A stretch of 64,000 bases of DNA, from assembly GCF_009834535.1 (NCBI RefSeq), contig NC_045697.1, positions 68,946,001 to 69,010,000 on the forward strand, written 5' to 3'. This document shows positions 27,640 through 40,754 of the stretch, one piece after another. Under the pieces are notes generated by a model. That model ran no database searches. It worked only from the letters and a program-made list of their open reading frames with translations, and was not told where the DNA came from. Within the stretch, counting starts at the first letter, position 1, and each line of letters begins with the position of its first letter. Both the position numbers and the translations under genes were made by a program. The stretch comes from Camelus ferus. Lineage: Eukaryota.

Positions 27640-29835
27640 TCACTTAGAATAGTCAGATTAGTCTGCCAGCTACACACACAATATGTTTCCTACTTCTACT
27701 CAAAATGTCCTCATCTGCTATTCTACATCAATCTGTTGTCCAATATTTCCTCTAAGAGCTAGCTCAATATAATTTTATCTCTTCTTTCAATAATTCTTTT
27801 AATGTACCATGTGTTCAGGATTTAACTTCAATAAGACATAATCCCTCAAGAATGGCATGGTTTGGTGGCAGAAACAGACATGGTAATACAGTATGATAAA
27901 TGCCATGATAGAGAAATCCATAGATAACCAGGAGCTAAATCTCAAAGAATGAGTGGGAGTCAGGGGTATGAAGAGAAAGGGAGCATTCCAGGAGAAAGGC
28001 TACGTTATACAGAGGGAGAGAGGTAGGGGATGAGAATGAAGAATGGCAAATTCAGGGAAATGAAGGCAGTTCAACAGGACTCAAGTCCAGTATGCATATA
28101 GAAGAATTATAATATGCGCAGTTGAAGTAGTTGCTAAGGGTCAGATTATAACAGCTTTGTATGTCATGATAAGGAGTATTAAGGCCCATTTCACTCAATA
28201 TATCCCTGTGTTTCACATATACTCTATTTTTAACCTTCATAGATTTATGTCATTCATTCATTAAGCAAATGTTAGAGGAAGCACCATGTATTTTCTCTAA
28301 TTGTTTCTGCCACATGATTTATGTCTCCAATTTAAAAAAAAAAAAAAAAAGCCTGTTTTTCATTTGCTTTTAACTTCTGAAGGCCTAAAGCAACTAGTGT
28401 AATACTAAGCACACAATACTCACCTCAGTAAATGCTTCCTGAATTTAAACATTAAAAACCTAATTATTATCAGGTTATTTAAAGTCATTAAACTAGCTTT
28501 TATCTTGGCAATAATCCTAAAATAGCAAAAGGTAAATAACACATGCAGAGAATTACAGTGTCTCTCCTCCAGAAAAATAAATAAATAATTCAGTAAGAGC
28601 CTCCCTTCTCTGCCTTTCATTTTCGGCAAGCTCCCTGAAAGAGCAAACAGTCTATATTCACAGGACCCTCTTCCTTATCACCCATCCATTCCTCAGTCCA
28701 CTGCCACCTTGCTATCTTCAACCCAGTCCACCAGAAGTGCTTTGCTAAAGGAACCAGTGATCCCAAAATTCTGCAAAGTACAGTGGATCATTTTCACTTC
28801 TTATCTTTATTAACTTACCCAAAGTATGTAACAGGTGGCAACTACTTTCTTGAAATACAATCCTCCTTTGGCTCCTGTGAGATCACTCCTTCCCTATTCC
28901 ACTCCTACCATTTTTAATCCTCCTTGTTCCTTTCCTAGATTCCTCTTCCTCCATTTATCCATCAAATGCTGTCAGTCTCTCTGGTTCAAGCTTTACCATT
29001 TTTGGATTATATAACTTAACCCAAAGACTAATTCCTAAACTTCCAGCCCATATTTTTCTCAATATTTTAACTACCTTCAAGACATTTCTGTCTATATAAC
29101 AAATAGTGCTTAATACAATGTGACTCCCCAGGATTATGCAGGTATGCACACACTGTGGTATGCCATCTATCTCTCAAACTCTCTACAGCACCACTCACAT
29201 AGTATGCCAAGTGAGAAATCTAGAAATCATCCTCAGTACTTCCTTCCCACTCATCCTCCCACATCAAATTAATCACTAGATAAAGCCAATGCTAATATTC
29301 AAATATACGTCATTTCACTATCTTAATACAGGCATCCACTATGTGAATCACTATGTATCACTGCATGACTTCTCCCTCCCTCCCTTTCCCCATATCCCAC
29401 CCATTTGACTCACAGCTTACTGTCCTATTATTCTGAAACTACAAAACTGTTCATGAATCTTCTGCTTAAAGTATTTATTAATTTACCATCCCCTATTGAT
29501 TAAAAATAATAACTGATCTTCTCAAATCTTGATGGCTTTCCACATCCTTTTGGCCTATAATATTCTATACCATTTGACAAACACCTATTCAACCCTCAAA
29601 ACACAACTCAAATATACTTTGGAATTCTTTCCTAGCTTGTGTCATCCCCCAAGAAGAATCAATGACTTTCTATTCTGAAGTCTCACTGTACCTTATTTGG
29701 ATATCATTGTATAATTGTTTACATATTTGTATCTTCCATCAATATGTGAGTTCCTTGATTCAAAAAACTTTGTACTATATTCATCATCTTTCTAACCACA
29801 GCATGGGATAGGTGTTCATTCAATAGTCACTACAT
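27640..29835. mobile_element. Cluster of LINE2 fragments in both orientations (main + strand piece about 28560-29835)
   Basis: L2 motifs: tgctttgctaaaggaaccagtgat, ctcctttggctcctgtgagatcactc, gaaatctagaaatcatcctc, tgtgagttccttga. Confidence 0.65.
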
Positions 29836-29844
29836 GAGTAATAG

Positions 29845-30110
29845 TAATAGCTGTCACTTACTGAGTATTAACAAATGTCACACACTGTGTTAAGCCGTGT
29901 GTGTATGTGTGTGTATATAATCACATTTCATTGGATTCTCACAATAACATTTTGTTATATTTTTGTATATAGTATTATTCATATTTTAGAGATTTAGAAG
30001 AAAAATATATAGGTTTAAAATGGCAAAGTAACTTGCCTAAGGTCACAAGACTAGTATGTAATGAAGCAAGAAAGTGTATTGTGATTCCAAAGCCTGAACT
30101 CTTTGCCACA
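29845..30110 (-). mobile_element. MIR SINE
   Basis: aatagctgtcacttactgag..aagtaacttgcctaaggtcaca..gattccaaagcctgaactctt. Confidence 0.7.
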
Positions 30111-31225
30111 AAACTGAATAAATCAAAGAAAGCTTTATTTTATAGTTTTTAAATTTTTACCATGAATATGACTTTAGCATATATAAAACTCACTAATAAT
30201 ACTACAATCTATTTTACAGTTAGACTTGAAGATATCAGATTGTCTTCCAAAGGATATTCAATCAATGTTTAATCAATGAATAAATGTTTCCAACTTCATC
30301 CTCACTGCTTTTCTCACACATAATTTTGTCTATTTATATTTTAACGATTTAATCCTTTCATCCCATCTTTCTTAACACCTTTTTTCTTTGAAACCCATAA
30401 TTTAAAAATTGGAAAAGTTTTATTAGAAAGTAAGAAAAGTGAGCACTTAGATTTCTGGATACAGTAACCATAATTCAAACAATTAACTTGTGTTTGGGGG
30501 AGAAAAACATACTGAACTGAGTGCAAGTCTTCCTAAATCTTTGTTTATCCTCAAATTTCCACTCTTTCAAGGTCACCACTACATATTGCTAGCTACAATA
30601 AATTGCCAAGTATCTGTTCTAATGCCCACAAATTAAGTTGTTTAATAAATATTAAAGATGAACAATGAAAAATGAAAAAGTGAAATTTTTGCATCAGAAA
30701 TAATGGAACAATCCACTCATAAGAGAAAATCATTAATAATATGATAGCAGGCTTCAAATAATCACAAAAGACTAAATATTATTACTGCCTTATTAATTTT
30801 TTAGCATATTTTTACTAATCTGAAACTACAACATTCTCCTTGAGATCTACTTAATATCTACTGAAGATTAGTAAATTATTTTTAGGTATATACTAATCCA
30901 GAGAAAAAGCAAATTTATAAATTGCACCTTCAAAATACAGCTTTTAAAATTCTAACAATTTTGATAAATTTATATACATAAACAAAGAGAAACAAACAGC
31001 TCTCTTAGTTTGCAACCAGAACTTAACATTTTAAAATATATAGTTCCAAATTATTTCAATTTGGCAGAACTTCCAAAGAACTAAAACTTCCAATTTAGGT
31101 TTGCTCAGGAAAACTACAAGGCAAATTTTCATACCTTACCACATACTTGTGAACCATCTGTTTTAATGAATATGGGAAATAAATGAATAAATAAGGTTTT
31201 GTGTCAACAAAGATCCAAAGTATTG

Positions 31226-31239
31226 GCGCCACCTAGTGA
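31226..31239 (-). promoter_or_regulatory. CTCF motif (TCACTAGGTGGCGC on minus strand)
   Basis: 13 of 14 match to CCACTAGGTGGCGC, with a retained CpG in very AT-rich unique DNA. Confidence 0.5.
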
Positions 31240-31989
31240 AATTTTACTCCATTTTTTCTTAACTGATCAGAAGTTATTACAACTTCGTAAGTTTTTTCTC
31301 ACCAAATCAAAGAACTTCAATAGAAATTATCATTAAATATTTTTCTATGTTAAAGACTTCATTAATGTTAAGGACGATACTAAAAATAATTTTAATTGCC
31401 AAAGGCAGAACATATTCCTGTGGAAAACATTCAGTTTGAGTAAAAGTTAATGTTTGTGTTTCTTAACAAAAGTTCTCAATAGAGTAAAGTGCCATAATAA
31501 ATTCAAAATATATATTGTAAGAATACCATGTATACAACAGAATTAAACAGATCTCAGGAATATGATAAATAAAAAACACTATCATTCATATTTATACTCA
31601 CATTAATATATACTGTATTTTGTTCTACAATTTAAAAAATGCTTAAACCTAAAGACATTGGAGCACTTATTTGTTTAATTTATTGCTTTAAAACTTATCC
31701 TCCTAAGATAATATTATAAATGGGATGAAAGAGAAAACATAATGAACTTTTTCTCTAAATTCAAATTTTAAAATAAAACTGCTCATTTCTTCAGATCTGT
31801 AATCAATTCATTCAAAAAGCATTATTAAACATTACATATCTCACTGCACTAACTATATGTATACAGAAAAACAAGTAGAATAAAAGATTCTTGTCCTCTA
31901 AGAACAATGGTGTAACTGGAGACCTAAGATAGATATATTTTTTTAAAAAAGATTCCATATATAAGAAATAGTGTTCAATCAAATTAATC

Positions 31990-32835
31990 ATAAGAGAAAA
32001 TCAAATCAAACTTATAAAATTCTTATAAGTCAATAATAAAAAAAAATACTCCAATTTTAAAATGTGCAAAAGATCTCTAAACATCATTAGTTTTCAGGAA
32101 ATGCAAAACAAAACCACAATAAATTATCACTTCACACCCACTAGGATGGCTATAATTAAAAAGATAATAGCAAGTGTTGCAATGATTTAGAGAAATTAGA
32201 ACCTTCATACTTTGGTGATTATAATGTAAAACAGTGCAGCTGCTTTGCAGAACAGTTCCACAAAAAAAGTCAAACTTGTAATATTATACAGCAACTCCAC
32301 TCCTACCCAAGATAAATGAAAACATATGTCCACACACAGCCTTGTACACCAATGTTTATAGCATTATTACTATGCTCATTTTTCTTATGCTTTCTTTTAG
32401 CATATTTTTATACTTATTTTTATTCTTAGCCAAAAAGTAGATATGACTCAAATGTGCACCAACTGAGGAATGGATAAACAAAATGTGGTAGAACCATACA
32501 ATGGAATATTATTCAGCCATAAAAAGAAATATTGATACATGCTACAACATGGAAAACATTATGCCAAGTGAAAGAAGCCAGTCACCAAAAGACAATGATC
32601 CCATATATGTGAAATATCCAGATAGGTAAATCTACAGAGAAAGAAAGTAAATTGATTGCATAGAGCTAGGAGAATTGGGGGTAAATGGAAATGACTGCTA
32701 ACTGGGGTGAGTTAAATATTCTAAAATTGATGTGGTGATGGTTGTACAACACTGCAAATATATTAAAACATCAAATTATATACTTTAAATGGATGAATTA
32801 TATTGTAGGTCAATTATATCTCAATAAAACTATTT
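31990..32835 (+). mobile_element. Old L1 (L1MB-type) 3' end
   Basis: cacttcacacccactaggatggctat, gaatggataaacaaaatgtggta, ending aattatatctcaataaaactattttt. Confidence 0.88.
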
Positions 32836-33695
32836 TTTCAACAAAGCAAACTTCTAAATTAAAATGAAGTGTATTTTGAGGTTAAGGCAAGATGATAGAG
32901 TACAAAAACCCCAAACTAGCTTCCTCTCATGAGCACACTAAAAGCACAACTATCTGTAGAACAACCATTGAGGAAAAAGAATGGAACACACCAGAAAAAA
33001 AATACTGTACAACTAAAGACATAAGGAAGAAACCATAAGATGGGTAGGAGGTACAGACTTGCAATATAATCAAATCCCATACTCACAGGTGGACAGCTCA
33101 CAAACTGGAGAATAATTATACTGTAGAGGTTCTTCCACAGGAGTGAGAGTTCTAAGCCCCACATCGAACTCATCAGTTCAGGGGTCCCCTGCACCAGGAA
33201 GACAATCCCCCAGAGCATTTGGCTCTGAAGACCAGCTGAGCTTAGTTTTGGAGGCCACAGGACTAGGGAAATAGAGACTTCACTGTTAAGGACTAACATA
33301 AAATCTCATGCACACCAGCAACCAGGGAAAAAGCAATGTGAGCCTGAGCAAGACTTACCTGCTGATCTTGAAGAGTCTTCTGGGGAGGTGGGAGCCAGCT
33401 GCAGCTCACTCGGGGTACACAGACATGGGGGGGTAGCCATATTTAGGAATATTATACCACATGAACACTGCTGCTGGTGGTTGCCATCTTAGATCATTAG
33501 CACCAAGACCTGGCCCTACCCAATATCCTGTAGGCAACAGTACTGAGATACCTCAGGCCAAGTAACTAACTGGGCAGGGACACAGCCCCACCCATCAGCA
33601 GACAGGCTGCTTCAAGACTACCTGAGCCCACAATCACCTCTAGACATGCTCCTAGACACGGCCTTACCCAACAGATGGTCAAGACTCAACTCCAC

Positions 33696-33709
33696 CCACC
33701 AGGGGGCAG
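33696..33709 (+). promoter_or_regulatory. CTCF motif CCACCAGGGGGCAG within the L1 5'UTR
   Basis: Consensus-quality CTCF core. Motif only. Confidence 0.4.
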
Positions 33710-36700
33710 ATACCAGATGCAGGAAAACTATGATCCCGCGCCTATGGATCCAGCCCACCACAACAGGCCAGGCTCTATGCTGGAACCAGCTGGGCCCTGG
33801 CCATGTTCATCAGAAAGTCAATGCAAGCTTCAGGACACCCTGGACCACATACCCAACTGTGTCTCTGTGTCTGGAACTGGCTCCACCAACCACCAATGAT
33901 CTGAAATGAGCTCTAGGCTCCCTGGGCCTTGTAGGCAGAATCCATGAAACAGCTCTGCCTGCCAGTGGACAAGCACTAACCATAGGACCTGGCTTCACCC
34001 ACCAGTGGGCGGGCAACAGCCCTGGAGTGCTCAGGACCCTGACTCCAGCCACCAGTGAGCAAGCACTAGCTGCAGGACCTCCTATGGTTCTACAGCCAAC
34101 CATTTTGTGACCAAGCCCTATTAAACAAGAACAAGTAGCATCTGCACAAGGCAGAACCTGGCAAACAACTGGACTAGGGGCCAATCAAGCTATCAGACCA
34201 GCCACATAATCAGCCCACCACAACAGAAGGATCCATGCAGCCCTCTTAGGGGGAACCCTTAGAGCATGTAACTTTGGTGATGAGAAGGTACTGCTGGGAC
34301 AAATAGGATGGCTCCTACAGAAGGTCACATCAACAAGGTAGAAAAAGCAATTAACCTACCACATACAGAAAAAAAAAAAAAAAAAAAAGAGCAACATAGA
34401 CAAGATGAGCTGGTAGAGGAACACTTTCCAGATGAAGGAACAAGATAAAACCCCAGAAGAAGAACTAAGTGAAGTGGAGATAAGCAATCTACCTGAGAAG
34501 GAGTTCAGAGGAACAATCATAAAGATGATCAAAGAACTTGGGAGAGGAATGAATGCACAGAACAAGAAGTTACAATTCTTAACAAAGAGTTAAAGAACAA
34601 CCAAACAGAAATGAAGAATACAATAACTGAAATGAAAAATACACTAGAAGGAATTTATAGTAGATTAAATGATACACAGAAATGGATCAGAGAGCTGAAG
34701 ACAGAGTAGTGGAAATCACTGCCACTGAACAGAAAAAGAAAAAAGAATGAAAAGTTATAAGGACAGTTTAAGAAACCTCTGGGACAACATCAATCACACT
34801 AATTCACATTACAGAGGTCCCAGAAAGAGAAGAGAGAAAGGCTCTAATAAAATATTCAAAGAAATAATAGCTGAAAACTTCCCTAACCTGAGAGAGGAAA
34901 CAAATATCCAAGTCCAGGAAGCACAGAGAGCCCCATGCAGGGTTAACCCAAAGAGGAAGACACAAAGAAGCATTCTAATTAAAATGACAAAAATTAAAGA
35001 TAAACAGAGAATATTAAAGGCATCAAGGGCATCAAGGGAAAGGCAACAAATAACATATATAACAAATAAATAACATAACATAAGGCTATCAGCTGATTTT
35101 TCAGCAGAAACCCTGCAAGCCAGAAGGGAATGGCATCATATATTTAAAGTGATCAAAGTGAAAAACCTACAACAGAGAATACTCTACCCAGAAAGGCTCT
35201 CATTCAGATTTGATAGATAAATCTAAAGCTTTACAGATAAGCAAAAGCTGAAAGAGTTTAGCACTAACAAATCAGCTTTACAAGAAACGTCAAAGGAATT
35301 TTTCTAGGTTGAAAAGAGAAGGCCACAACTAAAGACAAGGAAATTACAAAATGAAAAAGCTCATCCATAAAGGCAAGTATACAGTAAAGGTAGGAAATCA
35401 TCCACACATAGAAAGCTGGTAGGGAGGTTAAAAGACAAAAGTAGTAAAAATCATCCATATTCACAATTAGCAGTTAAGGGATACACAAAACAATTATATA
35501 GAAAATAGAATACAAAAAACAGTAATTATGAGGGAAGAAGAATACAAATGCAGGATTGTTACGTGTTTGAAATTAAAAGATCAGCAACTTAAAACAATCA
35601 CATACATATATATAGACTGCTATACAAAACCTCATGGTAATCACAAACCAAAAATCTACAATAGATGCACACACACACACACACAAAAGGAATCCAAACC
35701 TAACACTAAAGATAATCATCAATTCACAAATGAAGAGAACCAAAGAAGAAAGGGGAGGAAAAAAGACCTACAAAAACAAATTCAAAACAATTAACAAAAT
35801 GTCAATAAGAACATACATATCAATAATAACCTTAAATGCAAATGGCCTAAATGCTCCAACCAAAAGACACAGGCTGGCTGATACAAAAACAAAGCCCCTA
35901 TATATGTTGCCTATAAGAGACTCATTTCCCATCTAGAGACACATACGGACTGAAAGTGAAGGGATAGAAAAAGGTGTTCATGTAAATGGAAATCAAAAGA
36001 AAGCCAGTGTAGCAATACTTCTATCATACAAAATAGACTTTAAAATAAAGACTGTTACAAGAGAAAAAGGACACTACATAATGATCAGGTGATTAATCCA
36101 AGAAGATATAACAACATATATGCACCCAACATAAGAGCACCTAAAAATATAGGACAAACATTAACAGACACAAAAGAGAAATTGACAGTTAATACGCTAA
36201 TAGTGGAGGATCTTAACACCCCACTTACAATAATGGACAGATCATCCAGACTGAAAATCAGTAAGGAAGCATGGGCCTTAAATGACATATTAGACAAAAT
36301 GGACTTAATTGGTATTTATAGACCACTCCACCCCAAAGCAGCAAAATACATATTCTTTACAAGGGACTGTAAAAAACACAAATATGTGGAGGTTAAACAA
36401 GATAATAACTAAAGAACCACTGAATCAATGAATACATTAAAGAGAAAATCAAAAAACATGTGGAGACAAATGAAAACAAAAACACAATGATTCAAAACCT
36501 CTGGGACACAGCAAGAATGGTTCTAAGAGGAAAGTTTATAACAATACAAGTTTACCTCAGGAAACATGAAAAATCTCAATTAAACAACCTAACTTACACC
36601 TATAGCAACTACAGAAAGAACAAAACCCAAAGTTAGCAGAAGGAAAGAAATAAAGATCAGAGAAGAAATAAATGAAAGAGACTTTAAAAAAAACAGAAAA

Positions 36701-38240
36701 CATCAATCAATCAAGAAACTAAAAGCTGGTTCTTTGAAAAGATAAACAAAATTGATAAACCTTTAGCCATACTTATCAAGAAAAAAAGGGAAAGAGCCCA
36801 AATCAATAAAATCAAAAGTGAAAAAGAAGTTACAACCGACACCGCAAAAATACAAAGGATCATGAGAGACTATGAACAACTATACACCAATAAAATGGAC
36901 AATCTAGAAAAAATGGACAAATTATTAGAAAGGTACAATCTCCCAAGCCTGAATCAGGAAGAAATAGAAAATATGAACAGACCAATTACCAGTACTGAAA
37001 TTGAATCAGTAATTTAAAAACTCTCAAGAAACAAAAGTCCAGGACCAGATAGCTTCACAGTCAAATTCCACCAAACATTTAGAGAAGAGTTAACACCTAG
37101 CCTTCTGAAATTATTCCAAAAAACTGCAGAAGAAGCAATACTTCTGAACTCATTCTGTGAGGCCACCATCACCTTGATACCAAAACCAGACAAAGATATG
37201 CCAAAAAATGAAAATTATAAGCCAATGTCACTTATGAACATCTATGCAAAAATCCTCAACAAAATACTAGCAAAGCAAAGCCAACAATATATTTAAAAGA
37301 TCATACACTATGATCAAGTAGGATATATCCCAGGGATGCAAGGATTTCTCAGTATCTGCAAATCAATCAGCATAATACACCACATTAACAAATTGAAGAA
37401 TAAAAACCATATGATCATCTCAATAGATGCAGAAAAAGCTTTCAATAAAATCAACATCCATTTATGATAAAAAAAAAAAAACTCTCCAGAAAGTGGTACA
37501 GAGGGAAAATATCTCAACACACAGCTAACACCATATTCAACAGTGAAAAGCTGAAAGTATTCCCTCCAAGAGAAGGAATAAGAAAAGGATGCCCATCTCT
37601 CCACTTGTATTCAATATAGTTTTGCAAGTCCTAGCCACAGAAATAGAGAAGAAAAAGAATTAAAAGGAATCCAAAGTGGAAAGGAAAAAATAAAACTGTC
37701 ACAGTTTGCAAATGACATACTATTCACAGAAAATCCTAAAGATGCAACCAGAAAACTTCTACAGCTCATCAATGAACTCAGCAAAGTTACAGAATACAAA
37801 ATTAATATACAGAAATCTTTGCATTTCTACACACTAATAACAAACTTTCAGAGAAATTAAGGAAATAATCCCATTCACCACTGCATCAAAAAGAATAAAA
37901 TACCTAGGATTAAACCTACCAAAGGAGGCAAAGGACCTCTACTCTGAAAACTAACACTGATGAAAGAAACTGAAGACAGCAACAGATGAGAAAATACATT
38001 GTGTTCCTGAATTGGAAGAATCAATATTGTTAAAATGACCACACTACACAAGGCAGTCTAGAGGTTCAATGCAATCCCTATCAAAATACAAAGAGCATTT
38101 TTCACAAAACAAGAACAAATAATTTTAAAATTTGTATAGAAACACAAGACTCTAAATATCCCAAACAATCTTGAGAAAGAACAGAGCTGGAGAAATCATG
38201 CTCCCTGACTTCAGACTATACTACAGAGCTTCAGTAATCA

Positions 38241-38366
38241 GGGGGGAGGGTATAGCTCAGTGGTGGAGTGCACGCTTAGCACACATGAGGCCCTGGGTTC
38301 AATCCTCAGTACCTCCATTAAAAAATAATTAATTACTAAACCTAATTACATCCCTCACCCCCCAGA
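38241..38366 (+). mobile_element. Camelid-type tRNA-derived SINE inserted in L1 ORF2
   Basis: GGGGAGGGTATAGCTCAGTGG (A box), GGTTCAATCC (B box), then acctccattaaaaaat..cctaattac. TSD agagcttcagtaatca (38225-38240) / aaagctacagcaatca (38367-38382). Confidence 0.9.
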
Positions 38367-38639
38367 AAAGCTACAGCAATCAAAACAGTATGGTACTGAC
38401 ATAAAAACAGGGACTTAGATCAAGAGAATAGGATAGAGAGCCCAGAAATAAACCCACACACATATGGTAAATTAATCTACAACAAAGGAGGCGAGAATAT
38501 ACAATGGAGACACGACAGTCTCTTCAACAAGTTGAGCTGGGAAAACTGGACTGCTACAGAAAAAGAACCTGTAATTACAATCCTGTAGTTAAAACCTTCC
38601 ACTTTAACTTGATAACAACTTAATTCCAATCACATAGAA

Positions 38640-40710
38640 AAACACTAACCTTTTCCTACCCCCACATACACATATATTTTGTGTTCTTGTAGAGAGTTTG
38701 CTCCTTTTTATATTGCATACAATTAAAAAATACATTTACCTATTGACTTTTAGGGTTAAAATAATTTATGCACATCTTTACTGTGTTACATTAATCTGTA
38801 TATGGTTATACACTTTACCCGACAGATTTAAATTTTCACATTGCTGTTCAGCATGTTTCTATCATAATTTGAAAAAAAAAAAATCCCTTAAGCACATCTT
38901 ATATCTCTCCATTTCTAAAGAATAATATTTCCAGGTATAGTATTCTTATTTGGCAGGTGTTTTCCTTTCAGTACTTTGAGTATGTCTTCCCACTCTCTAT
39001 AAGCCTCAAGGTATTTGCTGAGAAACGCACTTATATTTCTTATGGAGGAAGGTGGGGAGGGAGGGAGGAATTCCTTATAAGTGATGAGCTGTAGTTCTCT
39101 TGCTGCATTTAAAATTCTTTGTCATTGACTTTTCATAATTTGATTATAATGTATCTCAGTATAATATTTCTTTCAGGACCTTTGAGCTTCATAAATATGC
39201 ATGTCCTTCCTTTCCTAAATGATTTGGGAAGTTTTCAGCCATTATTTCTTTCTGCCCCTTTCTCTCTCTACGACCTTCTGAGACTCCCAAAATGTGTACA
39301 TTGACTCTCTAACAGTGTCCCGTAAATCCTGCAGGCTTTCTTCACTAATTTTCATTCTTTTACCTTTTTTCTCTTCTTCATTTCAAATGACCTCTCTTCA
39401 AGTTCACAGATTCCATCTTAGACATGAATAGGTCTATTACTGAAGTTCCCTACTGCATTATTCATTTCTCATTGTTTTTTTCAGCTCCAGAATTTGTTTG
39501 GTTCTTTATGATTTCCACCTTCGTTAAACTTCTCATTTTATTCATGTATTGTTACCCTGATTTTGTTGAGCTGTATATCTTTGTTATCTTGTATTAAGGA
39601 AACTCTGTGAGCTACAAGTTTTGAATTCATTGACAGGCAATTAGTAGACCTCCATTTTGAGGGGGCCGGTTACTAGAAAATTATTCTTATCCTTCGGTGT
39701 TGTCCTGTTTTTTTGTTTGTTTCCTGTAGCTTTGTTGATGTCTCATATTTGAGGGAGCAGTCACTTCTTCCAGACATTATGGGCTGGCTTCAGTGAGGAA
39801 AATACCTATGGATGGTTGTGAGGGCACCAGCTAGGTGGGGTGTGGTGGCTCCTGCTCCAGGGGACCAGAGCAGAGGTTCCAATTTCAAAAAGATATACAC
39901 TCCAAGAAAAAGAATACCCTCCATGAAAGTCCAATACTTGAGGTAAATGTCATCCAAGACCGTAGGGTTCTTTGTCAGCCAAGGCTGCAGGTACCCACAG
40001 CACCTGGATGTGGTGCTGCATCAAAGGCTGTTGGGATCCTCAATGTCAAAGGCTACTGCAGTATTCCTCAGCAAAGTCTCCCCAGGGGTATGTCATGGCC
40101 AAAGGGATCCCTCATGGAGTTGGTCTGGTGCAGGAGCATACTTACTGCAGTGGTGGTGATGCCAGTGTCTGAGATGTGGACCCACAGAGAACTGCCACAG
40201 AGCCAGGGTCTTGGTTGTGTGCATGGCTGTGAAAGGTGGGTAGTGGCTAGAGCCCTGGGGGGGATAAGGGAGATTGTGGCAGCTCCTTCTCCAAGAGAGA
40301 CACAGTGGCATGAAATCCAGGTAGCTCCATCAGCTGGCTTAAGCATTGATGAACACTGAGAGTATCCTCCCTAGTGAAAGTTTCAGATGTCCGTGGTAAT
40401 GACAAGGGCTGCCAGGTTCTGCCTGCTCTCCTTTCCCACCTTGGGGGAGGTCTCACTGATAGGATCCTTCTTGACAATGAACTGTGATGGACTGAAGGAT
40501 GAGGTGACATAGGTTAAATGCCTCCTACAATTTTCTATGTAATCATCCTTAGTTTTTGAGCTCCTTGGGGTTTCTATAGCTTCTTCACTATAGTCCAGAG
40601 CTTCCCCAGAGCTGTTTTCATCAGTATACAGTTGTTTATTGAGTGCTATTTTTTTTGTGGGGAGAGAACAATGTTGGGACTCTGAGTTCACCATATCATT
40701 GATGTTCCTT
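38640..40710 (-). mobile_element. Old L1 5'UTR plus ORF1, 3'-truncated
   Basis: Reverse strand reads ORF1 C-terminal motifs (agagagtgggaagacatactcaaagtactgaaagg..agaatactatacc, aaaacttcccaaat). GC-richer UTR at 39780-40700. Confidence 0.75.
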
Positions 40711-40754
40711 CTAGAAAATATTTTACATTTAAAAAACTTGTTTCCCAAATTTGA

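Larger units (their letters stand above)
32879..38560 (+). mobile_element. Long degenerate L1 (5'UTR, ORF1, ORF2 to past the RT domain), 3'-truncated
   Basis: Starts at caagatgatagag. ORF1 remnants (SLRNLWDNIN, FKEIIAENFPNL), ORF2 ATG at 35799, RT motif degenerated to QFAND near 37702. About 140 bp are deleted near 36364 relative to the copy at 14083-14223. Many stops and frameshifts. Confidence 0.95.

Noticed and set aside
38248..38316. tRNA-like sequence
   Set aside because: It is the head of a SINE with tail and TSD, not a tRNA gene.
32879..38560. Active full-length L1
   Set aside because: Numerous stops and frameshifts, internal deletion, SINE insertion, mutated RT motif and no 3' end.
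39835..40510. Stack of overlapping ORFs up to 174 aa
   Set aside because: Lies in the GC-richer, stop-poor 5'UTR of an old L1; no recognisable domain.
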